In this document: positions 11,608-25,970 of the stretch, piece by piece | Numbering within the stretch: position 1 is the first letter of the stretch | How the letters are laid out: each line of letters opens with the position of its first letter | Assembly: GCF_000143415.4 (NCBI RefSeq) | Contig: NW_003314269.1 | Coordinates: 1,242,150-1,306,149 of the forward strand | DNA: 64,000 nucleotides | Origin: Selaginella moellendorffii | Taxonomy: Eukaryota; Plantae; Lycopodiophyta | Direction of reading: 5' to 3' | Translations under genes and position numbers: made by a program | The notes under the pieces: generated by a model | Told to the model about the DNA's origin: nothing | The model's database searches: none | What the model saw: the letters and a program-made list of their open reading frames with translations, nothing else

Positions 11608-12749
11608 AAGTGAGCGCCGTGAAGAATCAAAAGGGAAATAATATTGAACTATAAGAACAGGAGTAGTTTCATGTACCATTTCCGTTAATCACGCCGAATT
11701 CTTATCTTTCAAGGTAACTAAAGGTGAGACCGAGAAATAGTAATTGCAAGGACTGCTCGAGCCAGACTAGGCGTGTTAAAAGTTTTCCAAAGTGGACTAC
11801 ATGCAGCTCTTCGTTCCTTATGTTTTGATATTCAAAGTTGCCGGCATGCAACTTGCCCAGATAGGGCAGCCGGAGGTACGTTTGTATTATGTTTAATTTG
11901 GCCATAGTAACCAAAGCTCGTGGTGTAATCTTTACCATAATCGCTTGCGTCCGAGCATACGCTGTCAATGCTAGCAAAATTGCCTTTTTAAGAATCTTGG
12001 AAGAGACACAATGCCGATAACCCTGAGATTCGTCCCAAATGCCTTAAAAGGGCATTTGGAAATGCGAGTTTTGAGTGCTCCAAAGTAAGCCACTTTCCCA
12101 CTCAAGCGCACACACATACACACACACACACAGAGAACAATAGAAAAATAAACAAAGAAAACCAGTGAAATCTCACAAAAGTACCAGACAATGGTATCTT
12201 GCTTCCTGCATGTTAATTTGGCCTATCAAAGAGATTTTAGTAAAAAGGGATTTCTTGTGGGTGTTGTTTGTGTGACCTAATGGTTTGAGGGGAGAGGGAG
12301 CAGCAAAAGGCTGTGTATTAAATGGGGTGGGGTGGTATTTAGGCCAGAGTGGTGGTTCTCTTTTACAAGCAGGTGGTTGCCAAGAAGACCAAAGGGATTT
12401 TTCTGGTATATGTGGGGTTGGTTCCTTTTTTTCTCTTCCTCTTTGGTTTGGTTTTGGGGAGAGAAATTTAGTTTTTGATTTTGATGATGTGATGAGATGA
12501 TTGGGAGGAAGCAAGCTTTGTATACGTTGTAGGAAAAGGAGGAAGAAGAAGGAGAGGAAGATCTTAGAACACAAAAGCTTGGGAAGAGAGGAAAAGGGAG
12601 AGGGAGAAGAGAGAGTGTAAGGATTGATTGGATAGCCCAGTTGGGAAGACCTAAAGGCGAGAGCTCCTCCAGGGCGGGGGAGAATCTTTGGGGAGTTTTT
12701 GGATTGCTGGCAATGTAGGTGGGAGCCCATCAATCCGAATTGCGACGAT

Positions 12750-15239
12750 ATGGGCGAGCGGTGCTGGCTGGAAATGGAGAGCTTCCCTGCGAGGCAACGG
12801 TTTCACGTAGAATCCGAGCGAGGGAGTGTGGAGGTGTCTTGGAGCAAGCTCCAGAAGCTCCTGCCCACCAATGCTGTTGCGACGAGTGCTAATCTCCTCG
12901 CCACCACCAGGCCTGGATTGGACTCTCGAATCGCTCCAGAGGTAGTACCTAGCGTTTTCTCCTCTTTTTTTCCTTTGCCTTTTCTTCTTGTTTCGTGTTT
13001 CTTTGTGTTTGTTCTTTGTTCTTGTAAGATTCCAAAGTTTTGGTCGCTGCTCAGATGATCTTCGAGCGAAGCTTATGTGAGTTTCGTGGAATTGTAGGTG
13101 GCTGCTGCGCACAAGGATGGGCGGATGAACGCCGTGATCGAGAAGATCGAGAGGCTCTACCAGGTAATGTGTTAGTAAAAAACTCGAGTTAGTTTTTTCT
13201 TTTTCAGTGCTCCTGACTTAGATGGAACTTGGGATTTGTCTCAGGGGCATTCCGAGGATGACGAAGGTGGCGACGAGGACGATAAGACGACTTGCGTGCC
13301 CGCGGAGGAAGATTACGACACGGAGGATACTTTCATCGACGACGAAGATCTGGTAAGTATTACTTGTAGATTACTTCTTTGTTCTTTCTCTAATGCTTGA
13401 AACACCGTCTAGGACGAGTACTTCGAGGTGAATAGGACCAAGACGAAGCACACGGGCTTCTACGTCAACAAGGGATCGCTGGAGAAGAGGGCTGTCGAGG
13501 GGAAGTAAGTTCTCTCTTAGCTAGTTCGTCCTTGCGGATAGAAAATGGCTTATGTGCTTGCTCTAGGAGTTTGGATGAAGCTTCTGGTCTCAAAGTCTAC
13601 AAGAAGAGGAAGAGGCCGGCGCAGGAGAGGCCGCCAGCGTCGAAGAAGGCTAAGAGCGACGACGAGGACGCAGTGAAAGCTCCACAAGCGAACAACAAAA
13701 AAGCGAGCTTCACTAAAACGATCAAGGCTTGCGCAACCAAGGGCCCTCTAGCAGAGCGAAACAATGGCTTGTGTATCGATCCCAGCAACACCACCATTGC
13801 CAGCGACGAGATCGTAAGATTTTTTCGAGCTTCCTTTGAAAATGGTTGATGAGTGACTTTAACTAATCTATTGTTTTGTGAAGAAGACTCCTCCGAAGGA
13901 ATCGAGTCCGGGAAGGAAGACTGGGCCGAAGCTCACGATGCTGGACAGGGCTATTCAGGAGCTGGAGAAAGAAGTGGCGGACCGTAAGTAGCTTTAAGAA
14001 AGAATTGCTTGAGGCTTAGATGATCTATGACAGGATGTCCACCCTCGATGGAGAAGAATCACGAAACCGAGTACAAGAAGCGGATACCAAAGGAGGTTAA
14101 GGCACGGCTCGCCAAAGTTGCAAGGCTAGCGGTAGAGTTTATTAGTTTTTAGCAACGCTTGCTGTGAACTGAAGGTTTTGTGCAGCAAAAGCAAAGCAAG
14201 ATCGGCCCGGAAGAGCTCCTCAACGTCCTGATGAAGATCATGGGACACTTGATGCAGATTAGATCTCTCAAGGTAAGATGTCCGCATTTTTTTTTTTCAT
14301 AGCTAAATCGCTGCCTGCCTTGTGGTGTTCTAGAGAAACTTAAAGGAAATGGCTGAACTTGGAATATCGGCACAAAAGGAGAAGCAATCTAAGCTGGAGA
14401 CAATGAAGAAGGAAATCGTGGACATGCTGAAGTCTCGAATCACTCCACAACAATCAGCACAGGTAACTCTTTTCTCACTCTCTTTTTGAGCGAAGTTTTG
14501 CTCATTGTTTTCGTTTTTTCAGCAATGCGAAGAGGCAACCTGCGACGGACGCTACAGATGGGATGCGCCAACCGAGGACAGGATCAGCGATTTCTACGAG
14601 CTCTACGTCGAGGGGATTGACGAGCACAAATCCGCAGCAACCAAGAAATTCTACGCCGAGGTACTGTTTCCTTTCTAAAGAAGAAATGTTTTTCAATACG
14701 CATCACTCGACCAGCTTGCGGAGCTATGGCCGGAAGGTTGGATGGACAGCAATGGCATTAAAAACGCAGTGCTTCGCGCCAAGGAGCGAAAGAAAGGAGC
14801 CATGAAACAGGTCCACACATATGATCTCTTTCCTTTTCTAACATCTCATACGTTCCAGGCAAAGTTGGACGAGAGGAAACGCAAGAAGGCGACGGTGACG
14901 ACGCCAAAATCCGTGAAGAAGCTGGAGTCTCCGCCAAAAACTTTGGAGCTCCAAGAGCACTACCAAGAACAACGTAGGGAAGAACACGAGGAAGCTCGCG
15001 AAGAGGTAGTAGTAGAGGGTGTGAGGAGCTCCATGTCCATAGCTGTGATGAATCCCGCTAGCAGCACCACGCCGTGGAGAGATTGTCCATCCGGGAATGG
15101 AGGAGTAGTGATGCCAAGCTCGCTCCGGCAGATCAAGCGAAAGTTGCTAGACAAGGCGAGCAACAGGAGCTTCTGCGATAGCATCACTCCTCCTCCTTCC
15201 TCGTTGATGTGGATGGTCAAGGATCCAAAGCCTGGCTGA
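12750..15239 (+). CDS. UBN: Ubinuclein (HPC2/UBN, HIRA complex), multi-exon
   Basis: VSWSKL; MNAVIEKIERLYQ; HRD motif YDTEDTFIDDEDLDEYFEV...TKHTGFYVNKGSLEK; later YELYVEG..KFYAE/LAELWPEGWMD. Confidence 0.88.
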
Positions 15240-15247
15240 GTGGTGTC

Positions 15248-18079
<2,832 letters not shown>

Positions 18080-18227
18080 TCCTCGCGCCTCCACAACCCT
18101 AGACCCTCTTAAACCCTAAATCTCTCTTTTAGGGTTCTTGAGGGTCAATGCCAGTCATGGGTCAGCGCTGGTCCATTAGAGAAATGGGCCGGATCTCGCG
18201 ATTGCGGGCAGTGGGTTTTCCAGCGGA
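18080..18227. promoter_or_regulatory. Divergent NOP2/PPR promoter with telo-boxes and a site II motif
   Basis: AAACCCTAA 18111-18119, TTAGGGTT 18129-18136, TGGGCC 18185-18190. Confidence 0.6.
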
Positions 18228-20500
18228 ATGCAGCCGCTCAAGACGCTGGTGGCGGCGGCAGCTATGGCACGGCAGTGGCTGCGATCGAGCGCAGCGCGCT
18301 GGCTTCCTCCCTCGACCGCCGCCGTGAGCCCTAGCTCCTCGCTCACAGCACACCAGGAAGAAGAATGCGGCACGAAAGAGGTAACACCAGAGCCAGCTCC
18401 CATGGCGCAGGAGCAAGAGCTCCGCGATCCATCTCCAAGTTTGAGGCCGCCATGCATCGCGATTCTCCCCGAGGCTCCACATTTTGTGGAGGAGCGCGCC
18501 ATGGAACTGGAGGAGCATTGCGAATCCCCGGAGAGTTCAGCGGAGATATCACTTCCAGGATCAATGGAGAGAACTACACAAGACGATGGCAGTGATGATA
18601 CCATTGCCACCATCCAGCGCACCGCCTCGCGAGTGACCAAGCTCGTGGAGCTCTCGGGCGGCCCGGGAAGCGCCAAGATCAAGAGGATCCTCTGGGAGAA
18701 GCGCCGCTCGAGGTCCCGGATCATTGCCCAGGTCCTCCAGAATCTAGACGACGCCGGCGCCGCCATCAAGTTCTTCCGCTGGGTGGCCTCGAGCAAAACC
18801 GGGCTGGGATTCAAGCACACCCCACACACCGCCAACTCGCTACTCCTCACTCTCATCAAGCTCGGCCAGGCGACCAAGGCGCACGAGATCTTCACGGCGG
18901 GTCTCCCGGCGGGATGCCGGCCCGACCGCACGACCGTGTCGACCGTGCTGTACGGCCTGGTCGACTCGGGGCGGCTCCAGTGCGCTTGCGAGTTTTGCGG
19001 CGAGATCAAGCGCGTGGGGGTGCTGCCGTACGGCAAGGTTCTCAGCGTCCTGATCCAAGCGCTGTGCGCCGCCGGGGACGTGGATCGCGCGGTCAGGATC
19101 GGGCGGGAGCTGACGGTGGATCCGGCCGACTTCGCGTTTACGTACGGCATTTTGATCCACACGTTGTGCAAGCTCGGGGAGATTAGCGCTGCGTGGTCGC
19201 TCTTCTACGAGGTGAGTGTTTGCTTCTCTTTTGCTTCTTGGTAGAGACTGATAGTTATAGTTTCTCGATCAGATAGATAGAGACATAGTTCCTCAATAGA
19301 TAGAGATAGATCATAGTTTCTCGATGAGATAGATAGAGATAGACACTAGTTTCTCGATAGATCAGAGATAGATCATAGTTTATAGATAGAGATAAAAAGA
19401 TCATAGTTTCTGGATGGTTTTGTTTGCTTGGAGTTTTCCTCGATCGAATTCCTCGTTCTGATGGTTTCTCTATTTTGCAGCTGCAAGACAAGGGCGGCTC
19501 TCTCGACGCCCAAGTCTACGCGTCGCTCCTCCACGGCCTGTGCAACGCTGGGGACCTCCAAGCCGTGCGCGCCCTCCTCGACGACATGGCCTCGCGCCAC
19601 TTCCGCCTCGACGCTGCCATCTACAACACCCTCATCGCCGGCCTGTGCAAGGCGCGCAAGCCCCGCCACGCGCTCGAGCTCCTCCACGTCATGGCCGCCA
19701 ACGGCTACGATGCCTCGGTGGTGACTTACACAACCCTCATCGACGGCCTGTGTAAGTCGGGCGACCTGGACGCCGCCCAGGCGCTCCTCCAAAAGATGGC
19801 GGACGCCGGCTGCGCGCCAAACGTGGTCACCTACACCGCGCTGATCGACGGCCTGTGTAAGGCGCGCCGCCCCCACGACGCCATCCAGACCGTCAAGCGC
19901 ATGCTACGTAGCGGCTGCGAGCCCGACCTGGTGACGTACAACTCGCTCATCCACGGGCTCTGCATGGCCAACCGGATGGACGATGCCGGGCTCGTCCTCC
20001 AGGAGCTTGTACGGAATGGATTCGCGCCAAACCACATCACTTACTCGACGCTGGTCATTTGGAACTGCCGGCGGCGGCGGCTGGACCAGGCCCGGGGCTT
20101 GATCCGCGAGATGATCCTGCGCGGCTCGGTCTGTAACCTGGTGGTTTACATCGACTGCATATTTGGGTTTTGCGAGGCGCGGTGCCAGTCGTCGCGGTAC
20201 GAGTGCCGGGACGGCGACGAGGTGTGGGAGCTGTTTGGGGTTTTGGAGGAGATGGTGGTGGAGGGGTGCCGGGGAGGGAGCATTGTTTTCGAGGGGGAGA
20301 GCTTGTACGACCCCATTAGCCGGCTGGAGAGAGTGGAGCAAATCGCCGAGTTTATGTTCCACAAGGGGTGTTTTGGGAGTGATGAGAGGTATGCCACCAT
20401 ACAGGGGGCGCTCACTTGCATAAAGAGGCTCAAAACTCCCAGCCAAGAGTGCGCGCGTTTTCACAGTAATCTCCCAGACCCTGAAAGAGGTGAAACTTAA
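18228..20500 (+). CDS. P-class PPR protein (exons 18228-19211 and 19481-20500)
   Basis: AIKFFRW..GFKHTPHT; repeats VVTYTTLIDGLCKSG, VVTYTALIDGLCKA, LVTYNSLIHGLC; phase-0 GT-AG intron joins the two ORFs. Confidence 0.88.
19243..19410. repeat. Intronic minisatellite, ~30-bp degenerate unit ATAGTTTCTCGAT..AGATAGAGA
   Basis: About six imperfect tandem units visible. Confidence 0.8.
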
Positions 20501-20683
20501 AGTTTTTGGGGCTTTAGATTCATACAGTGTAACCGCTTTAGGGTTTATATTTAAAAGAAGAATATGCTTACAATTTGAAGAATATTCTCGAGCAGTTTTG
20601 TATAGGGTCTTGGTTAGGAATATACCAGAATATGCCCACCTGGAGTTTTGGGAAGATATTTCTTTCGCTTGGGTTCAGGGTTT

Positions 20684-22849
20684 ATGGCTATGGCGATGAT
20701 GGCAGCGGCGGCGGCGTCGCTACACACAGAGCCCACCGTCGCAGCGTGTGCTTCTTCTTCTTCCAGTAGCTATGTAGCAGCTTGCTCTTCCTCGTTTTCC
20801 TCGAATCGATCAACGCACAATGCCGATGCCTTGATCTGGGTTCTCAACTCCGACGCCACCAGGCTCCAGGAGGCATTGGAGCAGTGCTCCCGATCGTCGC
20901 TGAGCAGAGCCACCGTGAGCAGCGTTCTAAGAAATGCCAGGGACTGCGAGAGAGCTCTCACCTTCTACGACTGGGCAGCCACGCGCGGGGGGTTCCAGCA
21001 CGACGCCGCCACCACAGGTACGCTGGTCCGGATGCTCGCCAAGAACAAGCGGCACGGCGAGGCGTTCTCGAGGCTTGCACAGGCGCTGGATCGAGGGCTC
21101 CGTCCAAACGCTGGAGTTTTCGCCGCGCTGCTCAGTGCTTGCGTCGCGGCCGGGGACCGGGACAAAGTCCGGGAGCTCTTCAAGCAGATGGAGCGGGCCA
21201 AAGTCAGTGTCGAAACGAAGAGGGTGAATGGGATCTTACATGACTTGTGCAGCGGGGACAAGATCGAGCAAGCACTGGAGCTCCTCCAGGAGATGATAAA
21301 CTCGAGCGTCGCCAACCTCTACACATACAACATTGTTGTTAGCTGCCTGTGCCGGCTCAAAAGAGTGGACGAAGCCCAGGTTTTGATGAGCGAGATGATC
21401 GAGAGTGGACGCATACCTGACGTTGTCACTTACAACACCTTCATCTCCGGGCTGTGCAAGGCCGGAAAGCTCGACAAGGGCCTCGAAATGCTGGAAGAAA
21501 TGGACCGCGGTGGGATTTCCCCCGACGTTGTCACCTTTTGCAGCATCATAAGTGGGCTCTGCAAGGCGAACAGGATCGACGATGCGTTTCAGGTGTTTAA
21601 AGGAATGCTGGAAAGAGGATGCGTACCGGACTCTCTCACGTACAGCATCATGCTCGACAATCTCTCGCGAGCAAACCGCCTGGACACCGTCGAGGAGGTG
21701 CTTGAACACATGGTGAAGTCGGGGCACTATGCGCTGTCGGCAACTTACGCTCCTCTTATTCACGCACTCATCCGAGCAGGAGATATCGAAAGCGCTTCCT
21801 GGGCCTACGAGCAAGCCATGGAAGCTGGTTGCGTTATGGAGGTGTACACCCACAACGCTTTCATCGGAGCTCTCTGCAGGTCCGGAAAGTTTCCATTAGC
21901 CAAAAACATCTTACTGGGAATGATCGAGAGCGGAAGCTTACCGAACTTACTGTCTTACAACTTTGTGATCGATGGTCTCTGCAAATCTGGAAACGTCGAC
22001 GACGCGTGGAAGCTGTCCCGCAAGATGCTTGACAGCGGTTGCTGCAAGCCCGACGTCATCTTCTTCAACACGTTGATAAGCGGCTTCTGCAAGGCAGGGA
22101 GGCTATCACAAGCCCAGCAGTTGCTGAAAGAGATGAAAGCAAAAAACATCTGCGTACCCGATGTGGTGACTTATAACACAATGATCGACGGCCAGTCCAA
22201 ATTCGGCAGCCTCAAACAAGCCAAGTTGCTACTCGAGGAGATGCAAGCCGTGGGCTGCAAGCCAAATGTTGTGACTTATGCGGCGTTGATCAACGGCTAT
22301 GCCAAGCATGGCATGTATGAGGAAGCCGAGAGCCTCTTTGACGAGATGTCTGCCAAAGGCTGCTTCCCAGATATCATCACGTACAACACGGTCCTCAGTG
22401 CCTTCAGCAAAGCCGGGATGATGTCCAAGGCCGATGGAGTGTACCAGCAGCTCAAGAACAAAACCAGCTACTGCTCTCCAGATGCAATCACGTACAGGAT
22501 CCTGATCGATGGATATTGCAGAGCCGGGGACACTGAGCAAGGCTTGACGTTGCTCCAGGAGATGACAGCTAGAGGTTGGAGCTGCGACTCCTACACGTAT
22601 AATGTCCTCATTGCCAAGCTTGCGGAAACCGAGGAAGTCCCTTCCAAAGCTCTTGCAGTCTACCAGCAGATGCTTAACCAGGACTGTGTTCCCAGTGCCT
22701 CCATTTTCAACTCGCTGGTCAGGCTCTTTCTCAGGACAGGAGATGTAAACTCTGCGCGTAGCATGGTCCAGGAGATGAACGAGAAAGGCCACCTTGTCGA
22801 TGCTAGCAACCTGGAAGCCCTGAACAAGGAGAGTAACGACGCTTCTTAG
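20684..22849 (+). CDS. P-class PPR protein, intronless
   Basis: Many 35-aa repeats (PDVVTYNTFISGLCKAG, PNVVTYAALINGYAK); Ser/Ala-rich transit-like N-terminus; first ATG at 20684. Confidence 0.93.
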   Translation: MAMAMMAAAAASLHTEPTVAACASSSSSSYVAACSSSFSSNRSTHNADALIWVLNSDATRLQEALEQCSRSSLSRATVSSVLRNARDCERALTFYDWAATRGGFQHDAATTGTLVRMLAKNKRHGEAFSRLAQALDRGLRPNAGVFAALLSACVAAGDRDKVRELFKQMERAKVSVETKRVNGILHDLCSGDKIEQALELLQEMINSSVANLYTYNIVVSCLCRLKRVDEAQVLMSEMIESGRIPDVVTYNTFISGLCKAGKLDKGLEMLEEMDRGGISPDVVTFCSIISGLCKANRIDDAFQVFKGMLERGCVPDSLTYSIMLDNLSRANRLDTVEEVLEHMVKSGHYALSATYAPLIHALIRAGDIESASWAYEQAMEAGCVMEVYTHNAFIGALCRSGKFPLAKNILLGMIESGSLPNLLSYNFVIDGLCKSGNVDDAWKLSRKMLDSGCCKPDVIFFNTLISGFCKAGRLSQAQQLLKEMKAKNICVPDVVTYNTMIDGQSKFGSLKQAKLLLEEMQAVGCKPNVVTYAALINGYAKHGMYEEAESLFDEMSAKGCFPDIITYNTVLSAFSKAGMMSKADGVYQQLKNKTSYCSPDAITYRILIDGYCRAGDTEQGLTLLQEMTARGWSCDSYTYNVLIAKLAETEEVPSKALAVYQQMLNQDCVPSASIFNSLVRLFLRTGDVNSARSMVQEMNEKGHLVDASNLEALNKESNDAS

Positions 22850-24651
22850 GCTCTTAAGAACTCGCACTCTTTCCTGTAATCCAGCTCCACGACTAAGTTG
22901 CTGTCGTCAGTCTGCTGTTTCCTCATCAGTGCGTAAGTCCTGCTGTTGGGAGATAATCCTCTGGAAATCATCTCCTGGAGAAGCCTGTACGCCTCGGAAA
23001 CTCTCCCTGCCCGGTTGAGTGCGTCAATCAAAGTGTTGTAGATGACTTCGCGTGGTGCCAGCCCAGCACTCTTCATTTGCTGGAGCAGCAGGAGAGCGTC
23101 GTCAATGCGGTGGCCTCTACAGTAGCCGAAGACCATCATTCCAAACGTTAACCAGTCGGGAAGGATGCCCGAGCCTGTCATCCGCTTAAAGAGCTTGTGA
23201 GCCTCGTTTATCCTACTGCCCTTGCAGAGCCAGGAGAGTATCGCGTTGTAACAGCCAGGCTTTGGAACGCAGCCAGAGTTTTCCATCTCGTCCAGGAGGC
23301 TGTAAGCCTCGGCCAGCTTTCCTGCCTGGCAGAGCCCGTCTATCAGCGTAGTGTATCCATACACGTCCAGACGTATCTTCTTCTCGGTCATGGCACGAAA
23401 GAGCGCCAGAGCATCGTCAACTTTACCATACTTGCACAGCCCGTGCAAAAAAGTATTGTAAGTTACGTGGTTGGGCTCATGACCTCTGCCGGTCATCTCC
23501 TGGAGTATCTCAAGGGCCCTGTGAAGCTTCTCCTCTTTGCAGAAGCCATCGATCAAAAGGTTGTACGTGACAATGGTCGGAGAAACTCCCATTGATCTCA
23601 TGGTCTCGATGAAACCATACGCCTCTGCTGACCGTCCCTCCTTGCAAAGCGCGTCCATGATCCCATTGAAAACCAGCGCATTTGGAAAGCATCCCCGCTC
23701 CCCCATGACTTCCACGAGCTCGAACGCATCTGTCAACCTGTTGGCCTTGCACAGCCCGTCCACCAGGATCCCGAAAGTCACCACCGTAGGAATGCAGCCT
23801 TTCTCCGCCATGTCGTCCACCAAAAGAAACGCTTGCGAGAAGCTCTGGACTCCGCAAAGGGTCTTGATGATCGCGTTGTACATAGACGCGCAGGGAGTGC
23901 AGCTCATGCCCTCTAGAACCTGGCAAGCGTCGTCGAGTCGTCCCAGCCGGCAGTATCCATGGACCAAAGTAGTGTAAGTGAAGCCATCGCCTTTGATCCC
24001 CTTGGCCTCCATCTCTAGCAGGAGCTGGCGAGCCTCGTCGATCCGGGTCTGCTTGGAGAGCTTGTCCATGACGATGTTGCACGAAACGGAGCTCGCAGCG
24101 TGAGAAAACTCTCGCAGCACCCACAAACCATCGTCAACCTTGAGCCCCTTGAGCATGATGTTGAGCATTCTCGTGTCTGGAACCACTCCCAAGCTCCGCA
24201 TTTTCTTGAGAAGCTCAAAGGCCTGGATTGTTTGCCCGCTGTCCGAGAGCCTCAGCATCACCAGGCTACAGAGAAATTGGTCTGGCTCGGGCCCCAATCG
24301 TGCCGCATCCATCAGAAGCTCGTACGCCTCTTGATACCTCATCGCGCGGCAGAGAAACGAGACTGTGGTTCGAAGATTTCTGAAACTGTGCGTGTAGTGT
24401 GGCCGGGAGCCCGCCCACCGGTAGAAATCAAATGCCTTGCGCCATTCCTGGACAGATTGCAGCACCTCATAGACCACATTCTCGGGTAGCGACGATTTCC
24501 TCAGGGATTCCAGGCCCTGGATCCAATCCGGGCGCGAGAGAACCGCAAGAACTTCCTGCGAACGCTGCCCGGGCAGCACCTGGCGGCCGGAATCCGAGCA
24601 GAAGTACCTCAATGCGAGCGTCCGCGCGCCTCGATCCGAGCGCCTCCACAT
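22846..24651 (-). CDS. P-class PPR protein, intronless, probably mitochondrial
   Basis: MWRRSDRGARTLALRYF presequence-like start; repeats PTIVTYNLLIDGFCK, PNHVTYNTFLHGLCK. Confidence 0.93.
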   Translation of the reverse strand: MWRRSDRGARTLALRYFCSDSGRQVLPGQRSQEVLAVLSRPDWIQGLESLRKSSLPENVVYEVLQSVQEWRKAFDFYRWAGSRPHYTHSFRNLRTTVSFLCRAMRYQEAYELLMDAARLGPEPDQFLCSLVMLRLSDSGQTIQAFELLKKMRSLGVVPDTRMLNIMLKGLKVDDGLWVLREFSHAASSVSCNIVMDKLSKQTRIDEARQLLLEMEAKGIKGDGFTYTTLVHGYCRLGRLDDACQVLEGMSCTPCASMYNAIIKTLCGVQSFSQAFLLVDDMAEKGCIPTVVTFGILVDGLCKANRLTDAFELVEVMGERGCFPNALVFNGIMDALCKEGRSAEAYGFIETMRSMGVSPTIVTYNLLIDGFCKEEKLHRALEILQEMTGRGHEPNHVTYNTFLHGLCKYGKVDDALALFRAMTEKKIRLDVYGYTTLIDGLCQAGKLAEAYSLLDEMENSGCVPKPGCYNAILSWLCKGSRINEAHKLFKRMTGSGILPDWLTFGMMVFGYCRGHRIDDALLLLQQMKSAGLAPREVIYNTLIDALNRAGRVSEAYRLLQEMISRGLSPNSRTYALMRKQQTDDSNLVVELDYRKECEFLRA

Positions 24652-24749
24652 CGGAAGCTATAAACCCTAAAACATTTCTGATAAGCCCTGGCTCCATCCA
24701 GCCGTCCACGTGGCTGGAAAGCCAAGTGGATACCGAATATCCATGGCAC

Positions 24750-24800
24750 TCTCCAGAACCATCCTCGCTCTTCTAGGAGCGTCCAAGTGGCAGTATAAAA
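24750..24800 (+). promoter_or_regulatory. Imperfect heat-shock elements and TATA box of the sHSP gene
   Basis: cTCCaGAAcc and TTCtaGGAgc modules upstream of TATAAAA (24794-24800). Confidence 0.5.
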
Positions 24801-24887
24801 ATCTCTTCCCGTTCCTCGCAGTGGATCATTCACAGCGATAGCAAGTTTCTTTAGCAAGGTTTGCGACAGAGAGAAGAAAGAAAAGCG

Positions 24888-25599
24888 ATGGCACTCACTC
24901 CCTTCTTCAAGCGCGGTGATCTCACCAGCATTTTCGACAGCCCCCTCGATCGCTTCTTCGATCCATCGGCGATCTTCGAGAGCGGCCCATCTCGCCAGTT
25001 CGCCAAGGATGCCAGCGCCGTCGCCAACACCCGCGTGGATTGGGTTGAGACCCCGGATGCGCATGTCATCAAGGCCGATCTTCCAGGTAATATTCTCCGA
25101 AATCTTGACAATCCCCGTTCTTCCTCTCTTTTCGCCCTTCCTCGCTTGATCTTCTTTGTAACGAGTCGATATTTCGAGAGATCGAGAGGAAATGTCTGAG
25201 GTTTGCTGGCGTTCTCGCTTGATCCATCGATTGATCTTTCGATCTTGATTGCTCTTTTCTGATCGTTCTCTCTCTCTCTCTCTCTCTCCCCTTTATCTGT
25301 CCTGATTATGTTCTCGTTGATGATCTTGTCCAGGACTGAGCAAGGAGGAGATCAAGATCGAGATCCAGGATGGCAACACGCTGGTTCTCAGCGGCGAGCG
25401 CAAGAAGGAAAGCACGCAGGAGACGGACAAGTGGCACCGCGTGGAGCGCTCGTATGGCTGCTTCTTGAGGAAGTTCCGACTGCCCGAGGACTCCAAGGTG
25501 GAAGAGATCAACGCGAAGGTGGACAACGGCGTCCTCACCATCAACGTCCCCAAATCGAAGGAAACCAAGCCCGAGACCCGCTCTATCAATGTGGCTTAG
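24888..25599 (+). CDS. Small heat-shock protein, cytosolic class-I-like (intron 25087-25333)
   Basis: VANTRVDWVETPDAHVIKADLPG/LSKEEIKIEI...DKWHRVERSYGCFLRKFRLP...DNGVLTINVPK. Confidence 0.93.
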
Positions 25600-25628
25600 A
25601 TCAATGAGTCGAACGAGAGAAACCAGCT

Positions 25629-25970
25629 TGGGTCGGGTTATAGCTTGATTGTGGTCTGTTTTGTGGTCTAGCTTTGATGTAAAGGTCCTCGAATCGAAGT
25701 TTTTCCTTTTATCATGATAAATAAAGTGTGACAACCGATGGTAAAAAATGTGAAAGCTGGTTAAACCATGTAAAGTTGATGGGTGGGTCGGGTTATAGCT
25801 TGATCATGATCTGTTTTGGTCTAGATGTAAAAGACAACGAATTCGATTGATCAGTATAAACAAGAATAACACATGTAAATTATTTAAGGAAAAAAAAGAT
25901 GGGGTCACTTGGACTTCCCTTTTATCATTATAAATAAAGTGTGATGACCTGGTTACACCATGTAAAGTCT
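25629..25970. repeat. Degenerate tandem duplication of the sHSP 3' flank
   Basis: GGGTCGGGTTATAGCTTGAT, TTTATCA.TATAAATAAAGTGTGA and CTGGTTA.ACCATGTAAAGT each occur twice in the same order. Confidence 0.75.

Noticed and set aside
12173-12733. 186-aa minus-strand ORF
   Set aside because: Low-complexity promoter/UTR sequence of ubinuclein with no recognisable domain
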